NCBI GenBank assembly: GCA_963704435.1
Contig: OY969902.1
Coordinates: 480,001 to 512,000 of the forward strand
DNA from: an uncultured archaeon
GTDB taxonomy: Archaea > Micrarchaeota > Micrarchaeia > Micrarchaeales > CABMGC01
Length of the DNA stretch: 32,000 nt
Reading direction: 5' to 3'
Part shown: piece after piece, positions 8,122-17,172 of the stretch
Layout of the letters: the number at the start of each line of letters is the position of its first letter
How positions within the stretch are numbered: the first letter of the stretch is position 1
The notes under the pieces: model-generated
What the model was told of the DNA's origin: nothing
Database searches by the model: none
Seen by the model: only the letters and a program-made list of their open reading frames with translations
Position numbers and translations under genes: made by a program

Positions 8122-8421
8122 ATGGACTGCCATGATCCGAAGTGCCCGACGCACGGGAGCCTGAAGACGAGAGGCATGCACCTCTCCGGCCTAGTCGTAA
8201 GCGACAAGGCGAAGAAGACCGCGATAGTCGAGGTCAGCTACACTATCTACACCCACAAGTACGAGAGGTACCTCAGGAAGAGGTCGAGGGTGCAGGCGTA
8301 CAACCCGGAGTGCATCAACGCCAAGACCGGCGACGTCGTGAGCATCGGTGAGACGAGGAGGCTCAGCAAGACCAAGGCGTTCGTGGTTACCGGAATACTG
8401 AAGCCGAAGGTGTCGCAATGA
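8122..8421 (+). CDS. rps17: 30S ribosomal protein S17
   Basis: CPTHGSLKTRGMHLSGLVVSDKAKKTAIVEV..RYLRKRSRVQAYNPECINAKTGDVVSIGETRRLSKTKAFVV. Confidence 0.95.
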   Translation: MDCHDPKCPTHGSLKTRGMHLSGLVVSDKAKKTAIVEVSYTIYTHKYERYLRKRSRVQAYNPECINAKTGDVVSIGETRRLSKTKAFVVTGILKPKVSQ

Positions 8422-8816
8422 AGGGACTGTCGACCAAGATATCGAAGACGCTCATACCGATGTCTACGCTAAACTGCGCGGACAACAGCGGCGCGGTCAT
8501 GTTCAGGATAATAAACAAGCTCGGCAAGGGCCACAGGCACGGGAGGCTTGCGGCTGCCGGGCTCTGCGACGTGGTCATCGCGAGCGTCATAAAGGGCTCT
8601 CCGACATACCTGAAGAAGCCTGTCCGCGTGGTGATCATAAGGCAGAGGGCAGCCATAAGGCGGCACAACGGGATGAGGCTGAAGTTCGAGGACAATGCAG
8701 GCATAATGATAGGCGAGGACAACCTCCCGATAGGCACGGAGGTGAAGGGCGCGATGGCCAGGGAGGTCGTCGAGCGGTTCGTCAAGACGGCGGGCATAGC
8801 CTCGAGGATAGTCTAG
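8418..8816 (+). CDS. rpl14: 50S ribosomal protein L14
   Basis: LNCADNSGAVMFRII..VVIIRQRAAIRRHNGMRLKFEDNAGIMIGEDNLPIGTEVKGAMARE. Confidence 0.96.
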   Translation: MKGLSTKISKTLIPMSTLNCADNSGAVMFRIINKLGKGHRHGRLAAAGLCDVVIASVIKGSPTYLKKPVRVVIIRQRAAIRRHNGMRLKFEDNAGIMIGEDNLPIGTEVKGAMAREVVERFVKTAGIASRIV

Positions 8817-8824
8817 GTGCGATC

Positions 8825-9190
8825 ATGATCAGGAGCGGAAAGCCGAGGAAGCAGCGGAAGTTCAGGTTCACCGCGCCGATGCACGTCAGGCAGAAGTTCG
8901 TGCACGTCCGGGTCGCCAAGGAGTTGGCGTCCAAGCTCGCGATGAAGAGGAGGAGCGTGGCTGTCAGGCGCGGCGACACCGTGAAGGTCATGAGCGGCGG
9001 AAGCAGGGGCAAGACCGGCAAGGTCCTGTCCGTCGACCTGAGGAGGGGCGCCATATTCATAGACGGGATAGCGCGGAAGAACGCGAAGGGCAAGGAGCAC
9101 CCCATAGCCGTGAAATCGTCTAACGTTTACGCGATAGACCTCGATCTCAGCGACAAGCTGAGGGGTCCGAGGATAGGCGCGAAGGTGTGA
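8825..9190 (+). CDS. rpl24: 50S ribosomal protein L24
   Basis: SVAVRRGDTVKVMSGGSRGKTGKVLSVD (KOW) in ribosomal context. Confidence 0.95.
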   Translation: MIRSGKPRKQRKFRFTAPMHVRQKFVHVRVAKELASKLAMKRRSVAVRRGDTVKVMSGGSRGKTGKVLSVDLRRGAIFIDGIARKNAKGKEHPIAVKSSNVYAIDLDLSDKLRGPRIGAKV

Positions 9191-9193
9191 TTC

Positions 9194-9877
9194 ATGGCCA
9201 GCAAGGGAAACAACAGGCACGTCAAGAGGCTCGCGGTCGGCACGTACCCGGGCATAGCCAGGAAGACCGCCACATATCTCATAAAGCCGAATCCTGGAAG
9301 GCACGACCTGAGGAACAGCGTCGCGCTGCTGGCCCTGATCAGGGACAAGCTGGACCTGGCTTCGCGCGCGAAGGAGGCGAGGGGCATGATCAACGGAGGC
9401 AAGATAGAGGTCAACGGCGCCGTGATCATGGACGAGAAGTATCCGGTAGGGTTCGGCGACATCGTGACGCTCAAGCCCACGGGGGAGTCATACTCCGTCG
9501 GGGTCAGGAAGAACGGCGCACTGACGATGGACAAGGTCGAGAAGAAGGCGGCCGAAAGGACCCTCAAGGTCATAGGGAAGTATGTCGTCAAGGGGAACAG
9601 GATGATGGTCAGGCTCTTCGACGGCTCGGCCGTCGAGTCCGCGAAGGGCGTCTCGGTCAACGATTCCGTTGTGCTCAGCAAGGGCAAGATATCGAAGGCG
9701 ATAAAGTTCGAGGAGGGCGCGAAGTGCCTCGTGATAAGGGGAACGCACGCGGCCAAGTCCGGAAAGATCAGTGAGATAGTGAAAGGGAGCGCGCTCCGCG
9801 AAGCGACCGTGAGGGTCGATGGCGCGGACGGGAAGTTCGAGACGACAGTAAGGAACGTGATGGTAGTCGGTGCGTGA
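9194..9877 (+). CDS. rps4e: 30S ribosomal protein S4e
   Basis: HVKRLAVGTYPGIARKTATYLIKPNPGRHDLRNSVALLALIRDKLDLA.. and syntenic position. Confidence 0.93.
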   Translation: MASKGNNRHVKRLAVGTYPGIARKTATYLIKPNPGRHDLRNSVALLALIRDKLDLASRAKEARGMINGGKIEVNGAVIMDEKYPVGFGDIVTLKPTGESYSVGVRKNGALTMDKVEKKAAERTLKVIGKYVVKGNRMMVRLFDGSAVESAKGVSVNDSVVLSKGKISKAIKFEEGAKCLVIRGTHAAKSGKISEIVKGSALREATVRVDGADGKFETTVRNVMVVGA

Positions 9878-10398
9878 TTATGCCTAACCCGATGCAGGAG
9901 ATCTGCCTTGAGAAAGTGGTCGCGAACATGGGCATAGGCGCAGCCGAGGACAAGCAGGAGAACGCGAAGCAGCTCCTGAAGAAGCTCACGGGCAGGGAGG
10001 CCGCGCACACCAAGGCCAGGAAGAGGTTCCCGGCGTTCGGCATAAAGCAGGGCCAGATCATAGGGATGGTCGTGACGCTGAGGGGTGAGGAGGCAGACAA
10101 GTTCTTCAAGAGGGCGATCGAGGCTGTGGACGGCATCGTCCGGGAGAGCTCGATAGCGAACAACTCCGTGAACTTCGGGGTAAAGGAATACATATACTTC
10201 TCAGGGGTGAAGTACGACCCGAAGATCGGGATGCTCGGCCTCAACGTCAACGCGCTGTTCGCGAGGAAGGGCTCGCGGGTCGAGAGGCGGAGGATGAAGG
10301 CGGGCACCGTCGGGAAGAAGCACAGGGTGGTGTCGAGGGAGGAGATTGCCGCGCTGCTCGAGAAGAACTACAAGGCCAAGGTGGGCGGCGGGGAGTGA
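9874..10398 (+). CDS. rpl5: 50S ribosomal protein L5
   Basis: [67 protein letters not shown]. Confidence 0.96.
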   Translation: MIMPNPMQEICLEKVVANMGIGAAEDKQENAKQLLKKLTGREAAHTKARKRFPAFGIKQGQIIGMVVTLRGEEADKFFKRAIEAVDGIVRESSIANNSVNFGVKEYIYFSGVKYDPKIGMLGLNVNALFARKGSRVERRRMKAGTVGKKHRVVSREEIAALLEKNYKAKVGGGE

Positions 10399-10409
10399 GA
10401 GGGATTGCC

Positions 10410-10565
10410 ATGAAAACCAGCATAGAAGAGAGGTATAAGGGAAGGGGGCTGAGGAAGTGCAAGATCTGCGGCACCTCGAGGGGGCTCATAAGGTCCTACA
10501 AGCTTTACGTCTGCAGGCGCTGCTTCAGGGAAGTGGCGAAGAACATAGGTTTTGAGAAATTGTAG
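10410..10565 (+). CDS. rps14: 30S ribosomal protein S14 (51 aa zinc-ribbon; below the ORF-track cutoff)
   Basis: Manual translation gives [51 protein letters not shown], with CxxC..CxxC. Confidence 0.93.
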   Translation: MKTSIEERYKGRGLRKCKICGTSRGLIRSYKLYVCRRCFREVAKNIGFEKL

Positions 10566-10957
10566 TGGTTGATATGCCAGACATACTCGCCGACGCGCTC
10601 AACAAGATAAAGGTGTACGAGAACACGGGAAGGGAGAGCTGCACCGTGGCCGCCACCCGCCTCGTGAAGAACGTGATGTCAACGCTCATGGAAAGCGGGT
10701 ACGTCACGAACTTCGAGGAGTTCACCGACGGGAAGTTCAAGAAGCTGCGCGTCACGCTGTCCAACAAGATAAACGACATAGGGGTCGTGAAGCCGAGGCA
10801 CGCCGTGGCGTTCGGCGAGTACCAGAAGTACGAGACGAAGTACATACCCAGCAAGGACTTCGGGATGCTGATAATCTCCACCTCGAAGGGCATAATGAGC
10901 AACAGCAAGGCGAAGGAGATGCGCATAGGCGGAAGGCTGATAGCCTACGTATACTAG
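10565..10957 (+). CDS. rps8: 30S ribosomal protein S8
   Basis: DILADALNKIKVYENTGRESCTVAATRLVKNVMSTLMESGYV..; alternative ATG at 10574. Confidence 0.94.
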   Translation: MVDMPDILADALNKIKVYENTGRESCTVAATRLVKNVMSTLMESGYVTNFEEFTDGKFKKLRVTLSNKINDIGVVKPRHAVAFGEYQKYETKYIPSKDFGMLIISTSKGIMSNSKAKEMRIGGRLIAYVY

Positions 10958-10967
10958 GGGTTTCAAG

Positions 10968-11498
10968 ATGCACGAATTCCAGCTTCCTAAGGATGTGAAG
11001 GCGAAGGTCTCCGAGGACGGTTCGGAGATAACCATCAGCGGGAAGCTTGGATCGACGACGAAGACCATCAACACGATGCTCCTGACGCTCAAGGTCGAGG
11101 GGGAGAGGGTCGTGCTTGAGGACGCCGCGAACAAGAAGCTCGCAAAGAAGGCGGACCTCGCCGGGAACTCGCTCTGCTCCGAGCTGAAATCGGCTGCGGA
11201 AGGCGTGGAGAAGGGAGTCGAGAGGAGGATGAAGGTCGTATACGCCCACTTCCCGATGACCGTGGAGGTCAAGGGCAAGGAGGTGCTCGTCAAGAACATC
11301 TTCGGGGAGAAGTACCCGAGGGTCGCGAGGATCATCGGGGACACGAAAGTCGAGGTCAAGGGCCAGGACGTGCACGTCACCGGCGTCGACGAGTACGACG
11401 TGGGGCAGACCACGGCGAACATAACTAAGCTGTCCGGGGCCAGGAACAAGGACTCGAGGGTCTTCCAGGACGGGATCTACGTTGTGAGGGAGGAATGA
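10968..11498 (+). CDS. rpl6: 50S ribosomal protein L6
   Basis: 176 aa, LPKDVKAKVSEDGSEITISGKLGSTTK... GQDVHVTGVDEYDVGQTTANI. Confidence 0.93.
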   Translation: MHEFQLPKDVKAKVSEDGSEITISGKLGSTTKTINTMLLTLKVEGERVVLEDAANKKLAKKADLAGNSLCSELKSAAEGVEKGVERRMKVVYAHFPMTVEVKGKEVLVKNIFGEKYPRVARIIGDTKVEVKGQDVHVTGVDEYDVGQTTANITKLSGARNKDSRVFQDGIYVVREE

Positions 11499-11938
11499 TC
11501 ATGGTCAAGAGAAAAGGACATCCGAAGTTCCAGGTGCCGAACTATGGCGCGAAGAACAGGAAGAGGGTGCCCCTGAGATGGAGGAAGCAGAGGGGCATAG
11601 ACAACAAGCAGAGGGTATACGTCAGGTGCCACGGCGCGTCGCCGAAGGTCGGCTACAAGAACGCGGCCGGGGTCAGGTTCGCGGGGCGCGACGGGGCGTT
11701 CAGGCTCCTTGTGTACAACGAGCGCGACCTGGAGACGTTCCCCAAGGGCAACTACGTGGCCGTGCTCGCGCACGGGCTGTCGAAGAGGAAGAGGGCGGCG
11801 CTGGAGAAGGCCGCGGACTCGAAGGGCATAGGAGTCGCAAACAAGACGAAGGTGAAGGAGGTAAAGGTCGGGGCTAAGCCTGAGAAGCAGTCGAAGGCCG
11901 ACGTCGCGGCGCACGAGGCGAAGGGGGCGAGACAATGA
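11495..11938 (+). CDS. rpl32e: 50S ribosomal protein L32e
   Basis: HPKFQVPNYGAKNRKRVPLRWRKQRGIDNKQR, conserved L32e signature. Confidence 0.9.
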   Translation: MIMVKRKGHPKFQVPNYGAKNRKRVPLRWRKQRGIDNKQRVYVRCHGASPKVGYKNAAGVRFAGRDGAFRLLVYNERDLETFPKGNYVAVLAHGLSKRKRAALEKAADSKGIGVANKTKVKEVKVGAKPEKQSKADVAAHEAKGARQ

Positions 11939-12414
11939 GCATAAAGCTTACGAAGAGAACCGCGGCCAGCATCCTCGAGAGGGGGGAGAGCGCGATAAGG
12001 ATCAGGCAGGGCGCGTTCGAGGAGGCCAAGAAGGCGATGACCCGGGACGACGTCAGGAAGCTGATAAGCAAGGGCGACGTCTTCGCGATGAAGGAGAAGG
12101 GCGAGGTCCACGCGAAGGCCAAGAGGCCGCCGAAGAGGAAGAGGGGCGCCGGGAAGAGGAAGGGCACCAGGAAGGCAAGGCAGGGAATCCCATGGACCAA
12201 GAAGGTCAGGTCGCAGAGGCTCCTGATCAGCAGGCTCAGGGTCATGGGCAAGGTCGACAGGAAGGTGTTCAGGAGATACTACCGCCTCGTGAAGGGCAAC
12301 TCGTTCCCTGACAAGAAGTCGCTGCTGCTGCACCTCGGGGACGAGGGCGTGAAGGTCAGCGACGACGAGCTGAAGCAGATAAACGAGTACGTGAGGAAGC
12401 TGTACAAGGGATGA
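11935..12414 (+). CDS. rpl19e: 50S ribosomal protein L19e
   Basis: TKRTAASIL..GESAIRI..; KRKRGAGKRKGTRKARQGIPWTKKVRSQRLLI. Confidence 0.93.
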   Translation: MSIKLTKRTAASILERGESAIRIRQGAFEEAKKAMTRDDVRKLISKGDVFAMKEKGEVHAKAKRPPKRKRGAGKRKGTRKARQGIPWTKKVRSQRLLISRLRVMGKVDRKVFRRYYRLVKGNSFPDKKSLLLHLGDEGVKVSDDELKQINEYVRKLYKG

Positions 12415-12980
12415 TTATGCAAAGCGGAGCTGCTGTACCGAAGTTCAGGCGGAGGAAGGAGGGAGTGACCAACTACAAGAAGAGGCTCGCCCTCGTCAAG
12501 AGCGGGCTCGACAGGGTCGTGGTCCGGAAGAGCAACAGGAGGATAATCGGGCAGCTCGTAAGGTACGAGGAGAAGGGCGACGCCGTGCTGGCCCGTGCGG
12601 ACTCGGGGGAGCTCAAGGCGCTCTGCGGATGGCCGTCGAGGGCCAATAGGCCCACAGCCTACCTCACTGGGCTGCTCCTGGCTAAGAAGGCGAAGGGAGC
12701 GGGCGAGAGCGTCGTGCTCGACATAGGGCTGAGCTCGCCGGTCGAGGACTCGATACCATTCGTGTTCGCCAAGGGATGCGCCGACGGGGGCCTCAAGCTC
12801 ACCGGCACCTTTGAGATCGCGGAGAGCGTGTACGACGCGACGGGCATAGTCAAGTACGCGGAGGCGCTCGGGAAGTCGCAGCCTGATGCAGCGCACTTCA
12901 AGGAATACGCAAAGGAGACGAAGGTCGAGTCACTCCCGGAACTATTCAAGAAAGCAAAGGAAAAACTCATGAAAGGTTGA
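12411..12980 (+). CDS. rpl18: 50S ribosomal protein L18
   Basis: PKFRRRKEGVTNYKKRLALVKSGLDRVVVRKSNRRIIGQLVRYEEKGD; GHPS-like region and syntenic position. Confidence 0.92.
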   Translation: MIMQSGAAVPKFRRRKEGVTNYKKRLALVKSGLDRVVVRKSNRRIIGQLVRYEEKGDAVLARADSGELKALCGWPSRANRPTAYLTGLLLAKKAKGAGESVVLDIGLSSPVEDSIPFVFAKGCADGGLKLTGTFEIAESVYDATGIVKYAEALGKSQPDAAHFKEYAKETKVESLPELFKKAKEKLMKG

Positions 12981-12984
12981 TGAT

Positions 12985-13656
12985 TTGCCAGGCTACAAGG
13001 ATCGCGGAAGGTTCAGGAGAAGGGAGGAGGAGAGGGAGGTCTTCAGCATTGCCAACTGGCAGCCGAAGACGAAGCTCGGCGAGATGGTCAAGAGCGGCAG
13101 GATAACCAGCATAGAGCAGATCTTCACCAGCGGGAAGCTGATCAAGGAGGTCGAGATAATAGACGCGCTGCTGCCGGGGCTCGAGGGCAAGGTGCTGGAG
13201 ACCGCGGTCGTCCAGAGGATGACCAAGGACACCAGGAAGAGGAAGTTCAGGACCACCTACGTCGTCGGCGACAGGCACGGCCACATAGGCGTCGGGGTCG
13301 GAAAGGCCACCGAGGCCAGGCCGTCCACGGACGAGGCCATAAAGGACGCGAAGAGGAGGATCATAAGCATACGCATGGGATGCGGCTCGTGGGAGTGCAA
13401 CTGCGGCACGACGCACTCGCTGCCCATAACGCTCAGGGCGAAGGTGGGCACGTCCGAGATAACGCTGAAGCCGGCGCCAAGGGGAGTAGGCATAGTGGCA
13501 GGCAGGACCGCGAAGGTCGTGCTGGAGCTCGCCGGAGTCAAGGATGTCTGGACGTTCGCGAGGGGCAGGACGAGGGACATATACAACACTTCCATGGCGA
13601 CCTACATGGCGCTGAAGAGCCTCTCAAACATAAAGAACGCCGAGAAGCTGACCTGA
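12985..13656 (+). CDS. rps5: 30S ribosomal protein S5
   Basis: W.PKTKLGEMVKSGRITSIEQIF..YVVGDRHGHIGVGVGKATEARPSTDEAIKDAKRRIISI. Confidence 0.95.
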   Translation: MPGYKDRGRFRRREEEREVFSIANWQPKTKLGEMVKSGRITSIEQIFTSGKLIKEVEIIDALLPGLEGKVLETAVVQRMTKDTRKRKFRTTYVVGDRHGHIGVGVGKATEARPSTDEAIKDAKRRIISIRMGCGSWECNCGTTHSLPITLRAKVGTSEITLKPAPRGVGIVAGRTAKVVLELAGVKDVWTFARGRTRDIYNTSMATYMALKSLSNIKNAEKLT

Positions 13657-13664
13657 AGTCAAGT

Positions 13665-13673
13665 ATTATAAAT
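13665..13673 (+). promoter_or_regulatory. TATA box of the 5S rRNA gene
   Basis: attataaat centred about 24 nt before the 5S 5' end. Confidence 0.65.
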
Positions 13674-13692
13674 TTAGTCCGCGCAATACATT

Positions 13693-13809
13693 TGCCAAAC
13701 GGCCACAGGAGCAGGGTAACGCCCGAAAACATTCCGAACTCGGAAGCTAAGCTTGCTCGCGACAGGATATACTGCCTTCTTAGGCGGGAAAGCCCGTTGC
13801 TGTTTGGCA
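13693..13809 (+). rRNA. 5S ribosomal RNA
   Basis: Terminal stem TGCCAAAC/GTTTGGCA; internal GGGTAACGCCCGAAAACATTCCGAACTCGGAAGCTAAGCTTGC is a classic 5S core. Confidence 0.93.
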
Positions 13810-13897
13810 TTTGTCGTGACCTGTGCGCTTATTCTTATATTTTGCATGCCGACTAGCATGCGGTAATTCATTGGATGAGGGAAGGGTAAAGGAGATA

Positions 13898-14953
13898 ATG
13901 AGCCGGAAGGAGGAGCACATAGACATCTGCCTCGGCAGGCCCGTGAGTTTCACGAATTCCGGAACTCTTTTCGACTGCGTGCGCCTCCTGAACGAGGCCC
14001 TCCCGGAGATGGATCTCGACGATATAGACACGTCGACCACCTTCCTGGGCCACAAGTTCTCCGCTCCGCTGATGGCGGGCGCAATGACAGGAGGAGCCGA
14101 CCTCGCCAGCAAGATAAATCAGAACATAGCAGAGGCTGTCGAGGAACTCGGCCTGGGCATGGTCGTCGGAAGCCAGAGGGCCGGCCTGTACGACAAGGCG
14201 CTCGCGGATACCTATTCCATAACCAGGAAGAGCGCACCCAACGCGTTCATCGGATCGAACGTGGGCGGAGCGCAGCTGTCCGCCGGGCTAGGCGTCGAGG
14301 AATCGCGGACACTCCTGAAGATGCTGGATGCAGACGCGCTCTACGTGCACCTGAACCCGTTGCAGGAGGTGGTGCAGCCCGAGGGAGAGCCCAGCTACAA
14401 GGGCGTCGCGTCGAGGATAACGGAAATAGCGCGCGCGATTGACAAGCCCATAGTGGCCAAAGAGGTCGGCGCAGGCATATCAGGCAGGACCGCGAAGAGG
14501 CTGGAGTCCGCCGGGGTCAAGGCAGTAGAGGTCGCGGGGGGCGGAGGCGTGAGCTACTCCGCCGTGGAGTACTACAGAGCCGCAGAGCAGAAGATGCGCG
14601 CCAAAGAGGCCGCTGGAAAGCTGTTCTGGAACTGGGGCATACCGACAGCAGCCGCTGTCCGCATGGCCAGCAGAGCGGTCAAGATCCCGGTCATTGCGTC
14701 GGGAGGCATAAGGGACGGCCAGGAGATGGCCAAATCCATCGTACTGGGTGCGAGCATGTGCGCGACCGCACTTCCGCTCCTCAGGCCTGCGACCGTATCC
14801 AGCAGAAAGGTCAAGGAAACGCTGGAGCAGATGATCTACGAGTTGAAGGTCACGATGTTCTTGACAGGTTGCAAAAACCTTAATGATCTGGGGCGCGCGC
14901 CGTTCGCGATCACTGGAGAACTCAGAGACTTCCTCGACACCGTGAAAGAATAG
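13898..14953 (+). CDS. fni: Isopentenyl-diphosphate delta-isomerase, type 2 (FMN-dependent)
   Basis: SRKEEHIDICL..FLGHKFSAPLMAGAMTGG..VGGAQLSAG..HLNPLQEVVQPEGE..VAKEVGAGIS..VKAVEVAGGGGVSYS..; aaaggagat precedes ATG 13898. The track ORF starts at 13823. Confidence 0.92.
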   Translation: MSRKEEHIDICLGRPVSFTNSGTLFDCVRLLNEALPEMDLDDIDTSTTFLGHKFSAPLMAGAMTGGADLASKINQNIAEAVEELGLGMVVGSQRAGLYDKALADTYSITRKSAPNAFIGSNVGGAQLSAGLGVEESRTLLKMLDADALYVHLNPLQEVVQPEGEPSYKGVASRITEIARAIDKPIVAKEVGAGISGRTAKRLESAGVKAVEVAGGGGVSYSAVEYYRAAEQKMRAKEAAGKLFWNWGIPTAAAVRMASRAVKIPVIASGGIRDGQEMAKSIVLGASMCATALPLLRPATVSSRKVKETLEQMIYELKVTMFLTGCKNLNDLGRAPFAITGELRDFLDTVKE

Positions 14954-14956
14954 AGA

Positions 14957-16138
14957 TCAGATGGTCCTTCCGATTAGGAACTCGGATATCTGCTTTATTC
15001 TGTCCTTCGCCTTGGACTCGGGAAGCAGCGTATCCAGCTCCTTCCAGGCGTTTGCGACCAGCCGGATTGAGAGCTCCTCTGCGTATTCCTTTGATCCGTA
15101 CTTGTTGATGATCGATATGGCCTCGGCTATCTCGCCGCGATCCTTTGTGTGCGACTTTAGTATCTCTATCAGCCTCTTCTTATCCGATTCATCGGCGCGC
15201 TCAAGGGCGTGTATCACCAGAATGGTTATCTTTCCCTCATGTATGTCGTCCCCCACACCGCCCTTGTTCTCCGCGAGCTTGCTCTCGGTTATATTAAGCA
15301 TGTCATCCTCGATCTGGAACGCCACGCCAAGCGACGAGCCGAATTTTCCCAGCGCGGCAATCGTCTTATCGTCCGCCTCTCCGATCGCCCCGCCGAGCTT
15401 GGCGGCCATCGATGACAGCACTCCTGTCTTCGCATTCACCATCTGCAGGTACTTGCTCTCGCTCACCTGCATAGGGTCTATGAGGGCTCTGTGCCACGCT
15501 ATGTCTATCGCCTGGCCTACGGTTACCTTCAGACAATCTTTCTGGTAGATGCCGAGCATCTTCATCTTCGTCTCCCGCGACAGCTTCGCGCTGTCAATGA
15601 CGGCGACGATTGGGAAGTAGAACATGAAATCCCCGAGGTTGACCGCTACGTCCATGCCGTACTTGACGTGCACTGCCTCCGCTCCTCTGCGCATGTTTGA
15701 ATTGTCTTCTATGTCGTCGTGTATAAGCGTGGCGTTGTGCACTATCTCAGGGATTATCGAGAATTCGGTATAATCGTCGGGGTTCTTCCCCAGAGCCTCA
15801 AGCACCTCCAGCATCAGCACCGGCCTCCACCGCTTTCCGCCGAGCCCGAGCAAGTAGCTTGCGGGGTCTATTATGCTCCTCCTTATCGCATCGGTGTCAT
15901 ACTCGTAGCCGCTCCTGCCCAGCATCTTTCCGAGATACCTCGGCGAGTCCGCATCGTTGAGGTATTCCTTTATCATTGCGCTTATCTTCACGGCGCGATT
16001 CTTGATATATTCTTCGATTTCCACAGGACCACCATCACTTTCACAGGGGCTCCTCCCGCCTTCCACAAAGAAGTAGGGGCCGAGAAATAGATTTACTGCG
16101 CGAGCCACATATTTAAAGGCCTGTTGGGGCTTCGGCAT
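14957..16138 (-). CDS. Polyprenyl (geranylgeranyl-type) diphosphate synthase
   Basis: LLGLGGKRWRPVLMLEVLEALG, LIHDDIEDNSNMRRG first Asp-rich motif, AFQIEDDMLN second motif. The exact start may be internal. Confidence 0.9.
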   Translation of the reverse strand: MPKPQQAFKYVARAVNLFLGPYFFVEGGRSPCESDGGPVEIEEYIKNRAVKISAMIKEYLNDADSPRYLGKMLGRSGYEYDTDAIRRSIIDPASYLLGLGGKRWRPVLMLEVLEALGKNPDDYTEFSIIPEIVHNATLIHDDIEDNSNMRRGAEAVHVKYGMDVAVNLGDFMFYFPIVAVIDSAKLSRETKMKMLGIYQKDCLKVTVGQAIDIAWHRALIDPMQVSESKYLQMVNAKTGVLSSMAAKLGGAIGEADDKTIAALGKFGSSLGVAFQIEDDMLNITESKLAENKGGVGDDIHEGKITILVIHALERADESDKKRLIEILKSHTKDRGEIAEAISIINKYGSKEYAEELSIRLVANAWKELDTLLPESKAKDRIKQISEFLIGRTI

Positions 16139-16166
16139 TAGGCGATTCCGCGAAGACGCAGCGCTA

Positions 16167-16637
16167 CTAACCTATCTTTACTTCCCCTGAGTCGATCGAC
16201 TTCATGAACTCCTTGGCGCTCTTCCCCTCGACCGTGATGTTCATGCTGACGCAGGTTCCGACCAGCTGCTTCACCTTCGCCTTGAGGGATCCGCCGTACA
16301 GCGATTTGTCCTTCGCCTTCGCGACGTTCTCGAGCTGCGCGAGCGTTATGTTTCCTGCGATCTCCTCCTTGACCTTCGATCCCTTCTGAACGCCTATCTC
16401 CTTCAGTATCAGAGCGCTGGTGGGGGGGGTTCCGACCTCTATCTTGTAACTCTTGGTCGCAGTGTCGACGATTATCTTCACGGGCACCTTTATGCCCTCG
16501 TACGCCCCGGTCTGGGAATTTATCTCACCGATTATCTTCGCTACGTTGACGCCGAGCGGACCTAGCGCAGGACCGAAAGGTGGACCGCTAGTCGCCTTCC
16601 CGCCCTCAATCAATCCGCGTATTGTAACTTCTCCCAT
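16167..16637 (-). CDS. rpl11: 50S ribosomal protein L11
   Basis: SGPPFGPALGPLGVNVAKIIGEIN..KSYKIEVGTPPTSALILKEIG; start MGEVTI at 16637 is preferred over the 170-aa track ORF. Confidence 0.95.
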   Translation of the reverse strand: MGEVTIRGLIEGGKATSGPPFGPALGPLGVNVAKIIGEINSQTGAYEGIKVPVKIIVDTATKSYKIEVGTPPTSALILKEIGVQKGSKVKEEIAGNITLAQLENVAKAKDKSLYGGSLKAKVKQLVGTCVSMNITVEGKSAKEFMKSIDSGEVKIG

Positions 16638-16650
16638 TGAATGCACCTTC

Positions 16651-17088
16651 TCACTGGACCTTCTCGGCCCTCTGCACAATTCTCGCTATGTTCGCCTTCG
16701 TGGTGACCGGGATCGGGACGGCCACGTCCATCAGCTCGACGGTGATCTCCTCCTTCGCGATGTCCACTTTTATCACCTTCGCCTTGTAGCCCTTGAACGG
16801 CCCGCTCACGAACTCCACGATGTCGTTGATGCCTATCTCCTGCGCAACCTTCTTGGTGTCCAGCATCTTGTTGAGGTCAGCTTCGCTCAGCGGCTTCGGC
16901 AGCATGCCCTTCACGTGCGGCTCGTCGAGTATCAGCTCCCTCGCCGCGTTCTCGCTCTCTGCCTCTATTATCAGGTACCCCCGCATGCCCTCGGCCATTA
17001 TTATGGAGCTTATGGGGATGTTGGACTTCTCTATCTTGTTCTGGAGAATATCCACAGTGATCCTTTCCTGGCTTGACGTCACTCTCAC
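16651..17088 (-). CDS. spt5: Transcription elongation factor Spt5 (NusG-like)
   Basis: NGN-like region GYLIIEAESENAARELILDEPHVKG and KOW-like INDIVEFVSGPFKGYKAKVIKVD, directly upstream of L11. Confidence 0.92.
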   Translation of the reverse strand: MRVTSSQERITVDILQNKIEKSNIPISSIIMAEGMRGYLIIEAESENAARELILDEPHVKGMLPKPLSEADLNKMLDTKKVAQEIGINDIVEFVSGPFKGYKAKVIKVDIAKEEITVELMDVAVPIPVTTKANIARIVQRAEKVQ

Positions 17089-17172
17089 TATGAAATACGC
17101 AAAATCACTTCTCGGGGTCTATACTACTTCTTATTTCTTTATTATTATAAGCCTTTTGCAGACTGTGGTGCG

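Noticed and set aside
9127-10008. 293-aa minus-strand ORF opposite S4e and L5
   Set aside because: Antisense to well-supported ribosomal proteins; artefact of codon bias.
13844-13861. GCATGC-CGACTA-GCATGC repeat between 5S and fni
   Set aside because: Short self-palindromic hexamers, likely chance; no supporting context.
13674-13871. Minus-strand 65-aa ORF (and 13538..13810)
   Set aside because: Lies across the 5S rRNA gene; not coding.
16420-16431. Run of eight G in the L11 gene as a possible frameshift or error site
   Set aside because: The L11 frame is intact through it (EVGTPPTSALI), so no evidence of a problem.
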